Numbered from the stretch's first letter, positions 10,032 to 25,874 are shown. The stretch is DNA of 64,000 bases from an uncultured Gammaproteobacteria bacterium (GCA_963710815.1 CAVQCA010000135.1:1768-65767), one strand, 5' to 3'. Made by a program: numbers and translations. Notes: generated from the sequence alone by a model not told the origin.

Positions 10032-10059
10032 TTGACCCCCCCCGACAAGCGTACTTATA

Positions 10060-10061
<2 letters not shown>
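10032..10061 (+). promoter_or_regulatory. sigma70-like promoter for the atp operon (TTGACC-N18-TATAAT)
   Basis: TTGACC at 10032-10037 and TATAAT at 10056-10061, immediately upstream of atpI. Confidence 0.45.
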
Positions 10062-11384
<1,323 letters not shown>

Positions 11385-11415
11385 TTTCGAATTTTTGAAC
11401 AGCACGTTACCTTAG

Positions 11416-11661
<246 letters not shown>

Positions 11662-11697
11662 CCGCTTTTCATTGTTTGAGCCAGCAGAGATTCTGAC

Positions 11698-12168
11698 ATG
11701 AATATCAATGCCACCCTGATTGGTCAGGCAATCGCCTTTTTCCTGTTCGTCGTATTCTGCATGAAATACATATGGCCGCCGATTACGCAAGCACTGCAGG
11801 AGCGCAAGAAGAAAATTGCCGACGGTCTGGCGGCTGCCGAACGCGGCAAGCACGAGAAGCAGCTCGCCGATGAGCGCGCCTTGGAAATCCTCCGCGAAGC
11901 CAGGGAGCAGGCCGGCGAGATTATCAATCGGGCGGAAAAGCGCGCCGGTGAAATTATCGATGAAGCGAAGGTTGACGCGAGGGAGGAGGGCAGCCGCCTG
12001 CTGACCGCCTCGCGCGCCGAGATCGAACAGGAGATCAACCGGGCCAGGGAAGAGCTGCGCGGACAGGTGGTCTCACTGGCGATACTGGGCGCGGGCAAGG
12101 TACTGCAGCGCGAGGTGGATAAGACGGCGCACGCCGAACTGCTCACCCAGCTGGCCGCAGAGATCTAG
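11698..12168 (+). CDS. atpF: F0F1 ATP synthase subunit b
   Basis: 156 aa. N-terminal TM helix followed by a long charged helix. Confidence 0.9.
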   Translation: MNINATLIGQAIAFFLFVVFCMKYIWPPITQALQERKKKIADGLAAAERGKHEKQLADERALEILREAREQAGEIINRAEKRAGEIIDEAKVDAREEGSRLLTASRAEIEQEINRAREELRGQVVSLAILGAGKVLQREVDKTAHAELLTQLAAEI

Positions 12169-12179
12169 GGAGCATCACC

Positions 12180-12716
12180 ATGGCTGAAATACTTACCGTC
12201 GCGCGTCCCTACGCCCAGGCCGCGTTCCAGTTCGCGAATGCACATCAGGCCCTCGGGCAGTGGTCCGGTATGCTGGAGTTGCTGGCGTTCGTCGCCGTTG
12301 ACCCGGAGATGACGGCATTGATCGAAAATCCACGCATGACAGACACGCAGCTCGCCGAGTTATTCATCAGCATCGGCACCGACCGGCTGGATGACAATTG
12401 CCATAACTTCATCCGCCTGCTGGCCGAGAACCGGCGCCTGAGGCTGCTGCCGGAGATCGCGACCCTGTTCGAGATCCAGCGCCGGGAATCCGAGCGTTCC
12501 ATATGCGCCAAACTCATTACGGCGTTTCCCGCCACCGAGGCGCAGCAGGCGGCAGTCACGGCCGCGCTGAAACAGCGACTGGGACTCGATGTCGAACTCG
12601 AATGCAGGACGGATTCATCACTGATCGGCGGCGCCATCATTCGCGCCGGAGACCTGGTTATCGACGGTTCAGTACGCGGCAAGCTCGAACGCCTGGGCAA
12701 TTCACTGAGCCATTAA
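12180..12716 (+). CDS. atpH: F0F1 ATP synthase subunit delta
   Basis: 178 aa. Position and OSCP-like sequence. Confidence 0.9.
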   Translation: MAEILTVARPYAQAAFQFANAHQALGQWSGMLELLAFVAVDPEMTALIENPRMTDTQLAELFISIGTDRLDDNCHNFIRLLAENRRLRLLPEIATLFEIQRRESERSICAKLITAFPATEAQQAAVTAALKQRLGLDVELECRTDSSLIGGAIIRAGDLVIDGSVRGKLERLGNSLSH

Positions 12717-12728
12717 GAGGACTACACA

Positions 12729-14270
12729 ATGCAACTCAACCCCACTGAAATCAGTGAACTGATCAAGCGACGCATCGAGAAGTTCGAATCCGTCTCCGAG
12801 GCGCGCACCGAGGGGACGGTGGTCAGCCTGACCGACGGCATCGCCCGCATCCACGGGCTGGCCGATGTCATGCAGGGCGAGATGCTCGAGTTCCCGGGAA
12901 ATATTTTCGGCATGGCGCTCAACCTCGAGCGCGATTCCGTCGGCGCGGTGATCCTGGGTGCATACGAGACGATCTCCGAAGGCGACAGCGTCAAGTGCAC
13001 CGGCCGCATCCTGGAAGTACCGGTGGGCGAGGCGCTGCTCGGACGCGTGGTCGACTCGCTCGGCAACCCGATCGACGGCAAGGGTCCGATCGCGGCCACA
13101 CAGACTTCGCCGATCGAGAAGATCGCCCCCGGCGTTATCGCGCGCCAGTCCGTATCCCAGCCGGTGCAGACCGGGCTCAAGTCGATCGATTCCATGGTGC
13201 CGATCGGGCGCGGCCAGCGTGAGCTGATCATCGGCGACCGCCAGACCGGCAAGACCGCCGTGGCAATCGACGCGATCATCAACCAGAAGGGCACGGGGAT
13301 CAAATGCATCTACGTGGCCATCGGCCAGAAGAATTCCTCCATCGCCACAGTGGTGCGCAAGCTGGAGGAACACGGCGCCATGGCACACACCATCGTCGTC
13401 GCCGCGGCGGCGGCGGAGTCGGCCGCCCTGCAGTACATCGCGCCCTATTCCGGTTGCGCCATGGGGGAGTTTTTCCGCGATCGGGGCGAAGACGCCCTGA
13501 TCATCTACGACGATCTCACCAAGCAGGCCTGGGCCTACCGCCAGGTCTCCCTGTTGCTGCGTCGTCCGCCGGGCCGCGAGGCCTACCCGGGTGACGTGTT
13601 TTACCTCCATTCACGCCTGCTGGAGCGCGCCTCGCGTATCAACGCACACGAAGTGGAGAGGCTCACCAATGGCCAGGTAAAGGACAGAACCGGATCGCTG
13701 ACCGCCCTGCCGATCATCGAAACCCAGGCCGGTGACGTATCCGCGTTCGTCCCGACCAATGTAATCTCGATCACCGACGGGCAGATCTTCCTTGAATCCG
13801 ATCTGTTCAACGCCGGCATCCGTCCGGCCATCAACGCCGGTCTGTCAGTGTCGCGCGTCGGTGGCGCGGCACAGACCAAGATCATCAAGAAACTCGGCGG
13901 CGGCGTGCGACTGGCGCTGGCGCAGTACCGCGAGCTGGCCGCATTTGCGCAGTTTGCCTCCGACCTCGACGAGACCACCCGCAAACAGCTGGAGCGCGGC
14001 CAGCGCGTTACCGAACTGATGAAGCAGAAGCAGTACAGCCCGCTCTCCGTCGCGGAAATGGCCGTGTCCCTGTTCGCCGCGGAGCAGGGTTATCTCGATG
14101 ATGTCGAGATCAAGCGGGTCGTCGATTTTGAGCATGCGCTGCATGGGTACATGCGCACCAGCCAGGCGGCACTGATGGACAAGATCAACACAGCGTCTGA
14201 TTACAACGACGAGATCGCGGCCGGCTTGCGCGCGGCCATCGAGGATTTCAAGGCCAACAACACCTGGTAG
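12729..14270 (+). CDS. atpA: F0F1 ATP synthase subunit alpha
   Basis: 513 aa with Walker A GDRQTGKT. Confidence 0.97.
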   Translation: MQLNPTEISELIKRRIEKFESVSEARTEGTVVSLTDGIARIHGLADVMQGEMLEFPGNIFGMALNLERDSVGAVILGAYETISEGDSVKCTGRILEVPVGEALLGRVVDSLGNPIDGKGPIAATQTSPIEKIAPGVIARQSVSQPVQTGLKSIDSMVPIGRGQRELIIGDRQTGKTAVAIDAIINQKGTGIKCIYVAIGQKNSSIATVVRKLEEHGAMAHTIVVAAAAAESAALQYIAPYSGCAMGEFFRDRGEDALIIYDDLTKQAWAYRQVSLLLRRPPGREAYPGDVFYLHSRLLERASRINAHEVERLTNGQVKDRTGSLTALPIIETQAGDVSAFVPTNVISITDGQIFLESDLFNAGIRPAINAGLSVSRVGGAAQTKIIKKLGGGVRLALAQYRELAAFAQFASDLDETTRKQLERGQRVTELMKQKQYSPLSVAEMAVSLFAAEQGYLDDVEIKRVVDFEHALHGYMRTSQAALMDKINTASDYNDEIAAGLRAAIEDFKANNTW

Positions 14271-14303
14271 CAGTCACCGTAACGAGCACAGAAAGGTCAA
14301 GCA

Positions 14304-16603
<2,300 letters not shown>

Positions 16604-16615
16604 CGGATACGCACA

Positions 16616-17035
16616 ATGGCAATGACACTGCACGTTGACATCGTCAGCGCCGAAGCCGAAATCTTTTCGGGAACGGTGACGATGGTCTTCGCACCGGCGG
16701 AAATGGGCGAGGTCGGCATCACACCGCGCCATGCGCCGCTGCTGACGCGGCTCAAGCCCGGAGAGATACGCATACAGCAGGCGGACGGCTCAGAGCAATC
16801 CTTCTTTGTCTCCGGCGGCATGCTGGAAGTCCTGCCGCACGTAGTGACAGTACTGGCGGATACGGCCATCCGTGCCCACGATCTCGACGAGGCGGCCGCC
16901 GTAGAGGCCAAGGAACGCGCCGAGCGCATGCTGGCCGACAAGCACGCCGACATCGATTACGCCAAGGCACAGGCTGAACTGGCCCAGTCCATCGCGCAGC
17001 TGCACGCCATACAGAAGCTGCGTCAGAAACGCTAG
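16616..17035 (+). CDS. atpC: F0F1 ATP synthase subunit epsilon
   Basis: 139 aa. The [18 protein letters not shown]-terminus is typical of epsilon. The stop codon TAG is supplied at the junction with a MITE. Confidence 0.9.
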   Translation: MAMTLHVDIVSAEAEIFSGTVTMVFAPAEMGEVGITPRHAPLLTRLKPGEIRIQQADGSEQSFFVSGGMLEVLPHVVTVLADTAIRAHDLDEAAAVEAKERAERMLADKHADIDYAKAQAELAQSIAQLHAIQKLRQKR

Positions 17036-17198
17036 GAGCCTGTCGGACTTGGGTGATCGTAGCGAGCATGGTGGGAGAACGAGCACAGAGGTTCACGATA
17101 TCGAGGCGCATAGTGGTTCTATGCAACGAAATATCGGGGAACTATGGGCCGCTCTCCCACCAGCGCAGTAGATCAATCCTAAGTCCGACAGGCTCCTA
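17034..17198. mobile_element. MITE family B copy 1 (17-bp perfect TIR AGGAGCCTGTCGGACTT, CTAG flanks)
   Basis: The AGGAGCCTGTCGGACTT ... AAGTCCGACAGGCTCCT inverted termini are flanked by CTAG on both sides. The internal core GATCGTAGCGAGCA..GGGAGAACGAGCACAG is shared with copies at 54855, 30326 and a remnant at 35291. Confidence 0.7.
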
Positions 17199-17215
17199 GG
17201 TCAGCGGGTTTTTCA

Positions 17216-17704
17216 ATGAACGAGCAGTTTGTCGGTCGCAACAAGGTGGTGGCCTTTACCTATTCCATTCAGGACGAGACCGGTGACGTGCTCGAGCAGT
17301 CCGATATTCCGATCACTTACGTCCATGGCGGCAAGCACGACATGTTCGAGAAGGTCGAGGCCGCGATGGAGGGCTGCGTGGTGGGGGACGTCGTGGAGGT
17401 GTTATTGACGCCGGAGGAAGGCTTTGGCGCGCATGACGAAAGCCTCACCTATACCGACGACATCGAGAATGTTCCGCCCGAGTTCCGCCGCGTCGGCGCC
17501 GAGGTGGAGATGATGAACGATCAGGGCGATGCCCGGAAATTCATCGTCACCCGCATCGCAGACGGCAAGTTGACGGTGGACGGTAACCCCCCGATGGCCG
17601 GCAAGGTCATTACCTTCAATATCAAGGTGGTCGATATTCGTGACGCCACCGACGAGGAGATCCTCAACGGCGTGCCGCCCATGGCCATGCCGGTGCTGCA
17701 CTGA
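17216..17704 (+). CDS. FKBP-type peptidyl-prolyl cis-trans isomerase (SlyD/FkpB-like)
   Basis: 162 aa. The motifs VVAFTYSIQDETGDVLEQSD...HGG...VGDVVEVLLTPEEGFG match the FKBP domain with an inserted flap. Confidence 0.75.
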   Translation: MNEQFVGRNKVVAFTYSIQDETGDVLEQSDIPITYVHGGKHDMFEKVEAAMEGCVVGDVVEVLLTPEEGFGAHDESLTYTDDIENVPPEFRRVGAEVEMMNDQGDARKFIVTRIADGKLTVDGNPPMAGKVITFNIKVVDIRDATDEEILNGVPPMAMPVLH

Positions 17705-17808
17705 CCGTCCCCCGCAATGGCCGTGTTATGATCGCCACGGCCTGGCGCTCGCAAGTTGTGCCGGGCGGTGCCGCTAACTCTGGTTGTTAAACTGACGTTT
17801 CTTCCAGT

Positions 17809-19176
17809 ATGGATCTGAGCATTATTGTCCTGGCTGCCGGCCAGGGGACGCGCATGCGCTCCGACCTTCCCAAGGTGCTGCATCCCTTGGGCGGGCGCCC
17901 GTTGCTGGCCCACGTCCTCGATACGGCGCACTGCCTGAATGCCGCCGCCATCCACGTCGTCATCGGTCATGCCGCCGATCAGGTGTGCGACGCCTTCGCC
18001 CGTACCGGCGTGCACTGGACGATACAGGAACGCCAGCTGGGAACGGGACACGCCGTCGCCCAGGTGCTGCCCGACGTGCCGGATGATCGTATCGTGCTGG
18101 TCATGTACGGTGATGTGCCCCTGATTTCAGCGGCCACTCTGGAGCAGCTGCTCGGCATCGCCGCCGCAGGTGACCTGGCCGTGCTGACCGCCGTGCTCGA
18201 CGATCCCGCGGGCTATGGCCGCATCCTGCAGGACGACGGCGGCAACATCCGCGCCATCATCGAGGAGAAGGACGCCACCGCCGGGCAGCGCCGCATCCGG
18301 GAGATCAACAGCGGCTTTCTCGCCGCGCCCGCCAGACGCCTGCGCACCTGGGTGCAGGCGCTGGACAATGACAACGCACAGGGCGAGTTCTACCTGACCG
18401 ACGTGGTCGCGCTTGCCGTGCGCGACGGTGTTCCGGTGCGCAGCGTACACGCCGCGGACCCGTACGAGATTCTTGGCGTGAACGATCGCGCCCAGCTGGC
18501 GGTGCTGGAGCGTCGTTTCCAGCAGTGCCAGGCGCAGGACTGCCTGCGGGCGGGGGTGACGCTCATCGACCCGGCGCGCTTCGACCTGCGCGGGCGGCTG
18601 ACGGCCGGTCAGGATGTCATGATCGATGTGAACGCGGTGCTGGAAGGGACGGTCAGACTCGGTAACCGGGTCACCCTCGGGCCGAACGTGGTCATGCGCG
18701 ATACCACCGTCGGCGATGACGTCACCATACTCGCCAACTGCGTCATCGAGGACGCCGTTATCGGTGACGGTGCGCGCATCGGCCCGTTCGCGCGCATCCG
18801 CCCAGAGACGGTGCTGGCGGCGGGCAGCCACATCGGCAATTTCGTGGAGATCAAGAAATCGCAGGTCGGCGAGGGATCGAAGATCAACCACCTGAGCTAC
18901 ATCGGTGATACCAGCGTGGGGCGCAATGTCAACATCGGGGCGGGTACCATAACCTGCAACTACGACGGCGCTAACAAATACCGCACCGTGATCGGTGATG
19001 ATGTCTTTATCGGCTCGGATACCCAGCTTGTAGCCCCGGTCGAGGTCGGGGCCGGCGCCACCATCGGGGCCGGTTCGACCATCACACGTGATGCACCCGT
19101 GGGCGAGTTGACATTGAGCCGCGCGCCCCAGCAAACGCGACCCGGCTGGAAGCGGCCGGTGAAGAAACGGGGGTGA
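17809..19176 (+). CDS. glmU: bifunctional UDP-N-acetylglucosamine diphosphorylase / glucosamine-1-phosphate N-acetyltransferase
   Basis: 455 aa. The N-terminal LAAGQGTRMRSDLPKVLH nucleotidyltransferase motif and C-terminal left-handed beta-helix hexapeptide repeats are present. Confidence 0.95.
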   Translation: MDLSIIVLAAGQGTRMRSDLPKVLHPLGGRPLLAHVLDTAHCLNAAAIHVVIGHAADQVCDAFARTGVHWTIQERQLGTGHAVAQVLPDVPDDRIVLVMYGDVPLISAATLEQLLGIAAAGDLAVLTAVLDDPAGYGRILQDDGGNIRAIIEEKDATAGQRRIREINSGFLAAPARRLRTWVQALDNDNAQGEFYLTDVVALAVRDGVPVRSVHAADPYEILGVNDRAQLAVLERRFQQCQAQDCLRAGVTLIDPARFDLRGRLTAGQDVMIDVNAVLEGTVRLGNRVTLGPNVVMRDTTVGDDVTILANCVIEDAVIGDGARIGPFARIRPETVLAAGSHIGNFVEIKKSQVGEGSKINHLSYIGDTSVGRNVNIGAGTITCNYDGANKYRTVIGDDVFIGSDTQLVAPVEVGAGATIGAGSTITRDAPVGELTLSRAPQQTRPGWKRPVKKRG

Positions 19177-19183
19177 GGCGGAT

Positions 19184-21019
<1,836 letters not shown>

Positions 21020-21113
21020 TCCACCGGTTCCCGGGCAAACCGCTAACCATTTGAAAAACAAGTCTGAGTTTGCTTTGTTGTCGTGCCAATGATATAGTTT
21101 CCTGCTTGGTTGA

Positions 21114-21431
21114 ATGAGTTCCTCCGCAACCCCCCCGCGGAAATTCACGGGAGTAGAGTACGTGACTAAGGATTCGATGTTTTTTTGCATTCCCCAGCAG
21201 GCCTACCTGAGTATCACCACCTGCAGGAATCTGCGGGAACGCCCAATCGGCAAGGCGCCGGCGGGCGCACCGTCACGGTTGATTGCCTGTGAGAGATGTA
21301 CCATGCACCCCCTGGTCGACCGGGACCAGGTGCCTACAGTGACGCTGGATGCTTATCTCGGTGGCTCGAAGCCGAAGATGGCAAACCTGAATTCGCCCAA
21401 GTACCGGAAATTGCTCGCAGAAGTTGCCTGA
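21114..21431 (+). CDS. hypothetical small Cys-containing protein
   Basis: 105 aa ORF in the glmS-downstream intergenic region. Has C-x12-C...C-x2-C spacing but no recognised family. Could be spurious. Confidence 0.25.
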   Translation: MSSSATPPRKFTGVEYVTKDSMFFCIPQQAYLSITTCRNLRERPIGKAPAGAPSRLIACERCTMHPLVDRDQVPTVTLDAYLGGSKPKMANLNSPKYRKLLAEVA

Positions 21432-21461
21432 CTCGGGCGGTGCCGTCAGGCCGTGGCCGGG

Positions 21462-21920
21462 TTAGAGATCGTGTCCCCGCCACTTTTCGCCGCGTCGACG
21501 ATCCTTGCGTGAGCGTCGATCAGGCTTGTCGGGATCAAACCGGAGATTGTCGCGGCGATCACGCTCGCGCCGCTGGCTATGGCGTTTTTCCTTCAGTCCG
21601 ATATACGCGCAGCTGCACATGGCGGCATCACAGCCCTCCAGTGGCAGGGCCGGGGCTTCGTCGAATTGAAATTCATTACCGGCAAGCGTACGTGCGGCGG
21701 CACACCCGGCCTGCTTGATTTCCACGCCCCAGAAGAGTTTGTTTTGGCGTAACTTTTCCAGTTCGATCGCTTTTGTCCCGCCACCGTGGGTCGGTCCCGC
21801 CGAGCCGGGAGATTTTACCGCCAGGGTGGGGTGACGCCGGGGGCTTCGCGCGTTGCGTAACAGCCAGACCAGACCGGCAATTACCCCGATGAGTAGCAGC
21901 AGGATGAGTACTTTTACCAT
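21462..21920 (-). CDS. small membrane-anchored protein with Cys motif and Arg/Asp-rich tail (paralog 1)
   Basis: 152 aa. N-terminal TM helix, conserved core LEKLR..WGV.I....C.A......F.F.EAPALPL.GC....C.C.Y.G, and C-terminal RRERDRRD...RRSRKDRRRGE tail. About 45% identical to the neighbouring ORF over the core. Confidence 0.6.
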   Translation of the reverse strand: MVKVLILLLLIGVIAGLVWLLRNARSPRRHPTLAVKSPGSAGPTHGGGTKAIELEKLRQNKLFWGVEIKQAGCAAARTLAGNEFQFDEAPALPLEGCDAAMCSCAYIGLKEKRHSQRRERDRRDNLRFDPDKPDRRSRKDRRRGEKWRGHDL

Positions 21921-22022
21921 AACTGTATATCCTTACTTGCCTTGTGGATGCCGAAAATACCTCAGTACCAACCGCCAGGTCAGGATGAGTTGACTGGCGG
22001 CTGGCACAGTGCTGCCTGACGT

Positions 22023-22439
22023 TTAATCGGCTGGATCTTTCCAGGCTTTATCCCTTCGGCGGCGTTCTCGAATCGATCGGCGCTCGGCAAGATCCCCGTC
22101 AAACCGGTCGGCGACTCTGCGATCATGACGCACGCGCCGGTCTTCGCGGCGGCGCTCCGGTACTCCGGTGTAGCTACAGGTACAGCGCCAGGCCCTGCAA
22201 CCGGGCAAGGGTAATGCGGGAGCCTCGTGAAAGGTGAAGCGCCTGCCGGCGAAATGGCGGATGGCATCACACTTGCCAGGCCGGATTTTGACGCCCCAGT
22301 AGTGCCCGCTGAGACGCAGTTTCTCCAGATCACCGCTTTTGTCCTGGCGTCCTGTCCATCGCCTGGCGCTCCCGAGCACGATCACGATCAGAAGCACGAC
22401 GGCAATGATGAAAGCCACCAGCAGGCTGTTCTCGGTCAC
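22023..22439 (-). CDS. small membrane-anchored protein with Cys motif and Arg/Asp-rich tail (paralog 2)
   Basis: 138 aa with the same architecture and conserved motif as 21462..21920. This tandem paralogy supports both as real genes. Confidence 0.6.
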   Translation of the reverse strand: MTENSLLVAFIIAVVLLIVIVLGSARRWTGRQDKSGDLEKLRLSGHYWGVKIRPGKCDAIRHFAGRRFTFHEAPALPLPGCRAWRCTCSYTGVPERRREDRRVRHDRRVADRFDGDLAERRSIRERRRRDKAWKDPAD

Positions 22440-22737
22440 GTGATTCTATTCCGTGGCTGTTTTGTTGATCATACGCCAGAACACCCGCGGTGCAGGTCGG
22501 GTATCTATCGATGTTTTAATGAAACCAATGCGGCCATCACATGACACGTGAGTAGTGCCGGCGCAAGTCGCGGGTTTTCCCGGCAGCCACAATTAACAGA
22601 GTCTTTGTGTCAACGCAAGTCGATGGCGCCATGACATCTGCAGACCACGGGTGATTGACAGGTCGTCACCATCGGTTCCGGAGCGGGCGTGTGAACAGAC
22701 TCAGCCGGGTTGCCGTGATTTGCTACAATCGCCCTCC

Positions 22738-24897
22738 ATGGATGTTTCCCGCATCATCAGTCCCCTCAATGATGACCAGCGCCAGGCCGTGTGCGCGTCG
22801 CCGGAGCCGCTGCTTGTGCTGGCCGGCGCCGGCAGCGGCAAGACCCGAGTGCTGGTGCATCGTATTGCCTGGCTGATCGACGTCAAGGGTCTGTCTCCTT
22901 ACTCCATCCTTGCCGTGACCTTTACCAACAAGGCGGCCGGGGAGATGCGAGCGCGCATCGAGCAGCTGATCGAGTCTCCGGCATCCGGCATGTGGGTGGG
23001 CACCTTTCATGGCCTGGCGCATCGCCTGCTGCGCCGGCACTGGCGGGAGGCGGGGCTGCCGGAGGGGTTCCAGATCCTGGATGCGCAGGACCAGCAGCGC
23101 CTCATCCGTCGTGTAATCAAGGGCATGGATCTGGACGAGACGAAATGGCCCGCGAAGCAATTGCAGTGGTTTATCAACAACTGCAAGGATGAGGGGCGCA
23201 GACCGCAGCACATCGAGCATCGCAACGACCCCTACCTGCATCAGCAGGTCAGGGTATACGAGGCCTATGAAGCGCTGTGCCGGCGTTCCGGCCTGGTGGA
23301 TTTCGCCGAACTGCTGCTGCGCTCGCATGAGCTGTGGCTGGAGCAGCCCGGCATGCTCGAGCACTACCGACAGCGCTTCCGGCATATCCTGGTCGATGAG
23401 TTTCAGGACACCAATGCGGTGCAATATGCGTGGTTGCGGATGCTCTCCGGCGCATCCGGCTGCATTACCGTGGTCGGTGACGATGACCAGTCCATCTACG
23501 GCTGGCGCGGTGCGCGGGTGGAAAACATCCAGCGCTTCGAAAAGGACTTCACCGGCACCCGCGTCTACCGGCTCGAACAGAATTACCGTTCCACCGGCAC
23601 CATCCTCAAGGCGGCCAATGCAGTGATCGCCAATAACGCGGAGCGCATGGGCAAGCAGCTCTGGACCCAGGGTCATGAGGGTGAACCGATCGAGCTGTAT
23701 ATGGCCTACAACGACTTCGACGAGGCGCGCTATGTGGTCGAGCGCATCCAGTCATGGGTGAACCAGGGGAACCGGCGTGACGAGATTGCCGTGCTCTACC
23801 GCTCCAATGCCCAGTCGCGCCTGTTCGAGGAACGCCTCATCCAGTGCGGCGTACCCTATCGGGTCTACGGCGGCCTGCGTTTCTTCGAACGCGCCGAGAT
23901 CAAGGACGCGCTGGCCTACCTGCGCCTCGCCAGGAACCGCGACGACGATGCCTCGTTCGAGCGCGTGGTGAACCATCCGCCGCGAGGCATCGGCGAACGC
24001 ACCCTGGCGGTTGTCCGGCAGCATGCCCGTGAGAACCGCAACTCCCTGTGGGAATCGACCCGGGCAGTGGCGCAAGAACGGCTGCTTCCCGCGCGCGCCG
24101 GCAATGCCCTGCTGGGGTTTGTCGATTTGATCGAGGCGCTCGCGGACGGGCTGGGGTCACTGCCGCTCGGTGAGCAGGTCGAGCATATCCTGCAGCCCAG
24201 CGGGCTGCTGGAGTATTTTGCGAAGGAAAAGGGTGAAATCGGACAGGCCCGCATCGAGAATCTGCGCGAACTGGTCAATGCGGCGCGTGAATACGAGGTG
24301 GATGGCGAGAGCGAACTCGATGCCCTGTCGGATTTCCTCGCGCACGCCGCGCTGGAAGCGGGCGAGGGCCAGGCCGATGCCTGGGACGACTGCGTGCAAC
24401 TCATGACCTTGCATTCCGCCAAGGGACTGGAATTTCCGGTCATTTTCCTGTGCGGCCTGGAGGAGGGGCTGTTCCCTAACCAGCGGTCCGTGGATGAGCC
24501 GGGGCGTTTGGAAGAGGAGCGGCGCCTCTGCTATGTCGGCATAACCCGTGCACGCCGGCAGGTGATTCTGACCTGTGCCGAGCGCAGGCGACTGTACGGC
24601 CAGGAGATAATCACCCTGCCGTCGCGATTCATTCGGGAGATCCCCTCACAGCTGCTGGAGGAGATACGGCCCCGGGTGAGCATCAGTCAGCCGGCCCGGA
24701 GCCCGTACGCCGTCGACGGGACAGGTACCGCGACATTGCAGCTGGGTCAGCAGGTGCGCCACCGGAAATTCGGCGAGGGCGTGATCCTCAATTACGAGGG
24801 TCAGGGCAGCAGCGCACGCGTGCAGGTGAATTTCGCGCATGCCGGCACCAAGTGGCTGGTGGTCTCCTACGCCAATCTGGAACGTGTCGGCGCTTGA
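22738..24897 (+). CDS. uvrD: DNA helicase II (UvrD)
   Basis: 719 aa from the internal ATG. Starts DVSRIISPLNDDQRQAVCA..GAGSGKTRVLVHRIAWLI (Walker A). All seven SF1 helicase motifs are present, and the C-terminus has a typical UvrD extension. Confidence 0.9.
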   Translation: MDVSRIISPLNDDQRQAVCASPEPLLVLAGAGSGKTRVLVHRIAWLIDVKGLSPYSILAVTFTNKAAGEMRARIEQLIESPASGMWVGTFHGLAHRLLRRHWREAGLPEGFQILDAQDQQRLIRRVIKGMDLDETKWPAKQLQWFINNCKDEGRRPQHIEHRNDPYLHQQVRVYEAYEALCRRSGLVDFAELLLRSHELWLEQPGMLEHYRQRFRHILVDEFQDTNAVQYAWLRMLSGASGCITVVGDDDQSIYGWRGARVENIQRFEKDFTGTRVYRLEQNYRSTGTILKAANAVIANNAERMGKQLWTQGHEGEPIELYMAYNDFDEARYVVERIQSWVNQGNRRDEIAVLYRSNAQSRLFEERLIQCGVPYRVYGGLRFFERAEIKDALAYLRLARNRDDDASFERVVNHPPRGIGERTLAVVRQHARENRNSLWESTRAVAQERLLPARAGNALLGFVDLIEALADGLGSLPLGEQVEHILQPSGLLEYFAKEKGEIGQARIENLRELVNAAREYEVDGESELDALSDFLAHAALEAGEGQADAWDDCVQLMTLHSAKGLEFPVIFLCGLEEGLFPNQRSVDEPGRLEEERRLCYVGITRARRQVILTCAERRRLYGQEIITLPSRFIREIPSQLLEEIRPRVSISQPARSPYAVDGTGTATLQLGQQVRHRKFGEGVILNYEGQGSSARVQVNFAHAGTKWLVVSYANLERVGA

Positions 24898-25847
24898 CAC
24901 GGCGCGCTCGAGAGCACTTCATCGATCACGCATCGCCATCGGATGTCAGGCTTGGCATCGCCCTGGGCAGCGGGTCGTCACGCGGCTGGTCACATATCGG
25001 CATCATCCGGGCGCTGGCCGAAATCGGCATCGAACCGGACATCGTATGCGGTTGTTCGGTTGGCGCCATCGTCGGTGCTTCCTTTGCCGCCGGGAATCTG
25101 GACAGGCTGGAGCACTGGGTGACCTCGCTGACGCGCACCGATGTTGCACGCTTCTTCGATCTGAACCTGACGCTGTCCGGGTTCGTGGATGCGCCGCGCC
25201 TGCGGTCCTTCTTCGCTGAAAATGTCTGCGCCGAAGATGTCAGGATTGAACATCTTGCGCGGGAATTCGCGACGGTATCGACCGACCTGGAAACCGGGAG
25301 AGAGATCTGGTTTACCCAGGGTTCGGTGCTCGATGCCGTCTGGGCGTCGATGTCCGTACCCGGACTGTTTCCTCCCCTGCGTAACCAGGGCAAGTGGCTG
25401 GTAGACGGTGGCCTGGTCAACCCCGTGCCGGTATCGCTCTGCCGGGTCCTGGGCGCGGATATCGTGATTGCGGTCAATCTGAACGCTGCGATCGCCGGCA
25501 GGCATTTTATCCACGGGGACGGGAATGCGCCGGAGGATGTCCCGCCTGACAGCCTGATCTCGACGGTCAGGAAGACCGTCAGAAGCTACTCCGCCTCGCT
25601 GTTCGGCGGCAACGGGGCGGATGGTGCGCCCGGGCTGTTTGACGCCATCAGCGGCTCGCTCAATATCATGCAGGAGCGCATCACCCGCAGCAGAATGGCA
25701 GGGGACCCGCCGGATATCGTCCTCGCGCCAAGGCTGTCGCATATCGGACTGATGGAGTATTACCGTGCACAGGAAGCCATCCAGGAAGGCAGGGAATGCG
25801 TCGGGAGAATGCTCCCGGAAATCCGTTATCTGGTAAAACCGCGCTGA
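24894..25847 (+). CDS. patatin-like phospholipase (RssA-like)
   Basis: Has the glycine-rich GSGSSRGWSHIG motif, the GCSVGA nucleophile elbow and a DGGLVNPVP catalytic Asp. A TTG start overlapping the uvrD stop (TTGA) is proposed; the alternative ATG is at 24852. Confidence 0.75.
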   Translation: MTRRAREHFIDHASPSDVRLGIALGSGSSRGWSHIGIIRALAEIGIEPDIVCGCSVGAIVGASFAAGNLDRLEHWVTSLTRTDVARFFDLNLTLSGFVDAPRLRSFFAENVCAEDVRIEHLAREFATVSTDLETGREIWFTQGSVLDAVWASMSVPGLFPPLRNQGKWLVDGGLVNPVPVSLCRVLGADIVIAVNLNAAIAGRHFIHGDGNAPEDVPPDSLISTVRKTVRSYSASLFGGNGADGAPGLFDAISGSLNIMQERITRSRMAGDPPDIVLAPRLSHIGLMEYYRAQEAIQEGRECVGRMLPEIRYLVKPR

Positions 25848-25874
25848 TCACGCCGCCTGTGCGCGGCGCCCCGG

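Noticed and set aside
21020-21113. Terminator after glmS
   Set aside because: Only weak, imperfect stems (AAACAAG/CTTTGTT) with no T-tract, so not called.
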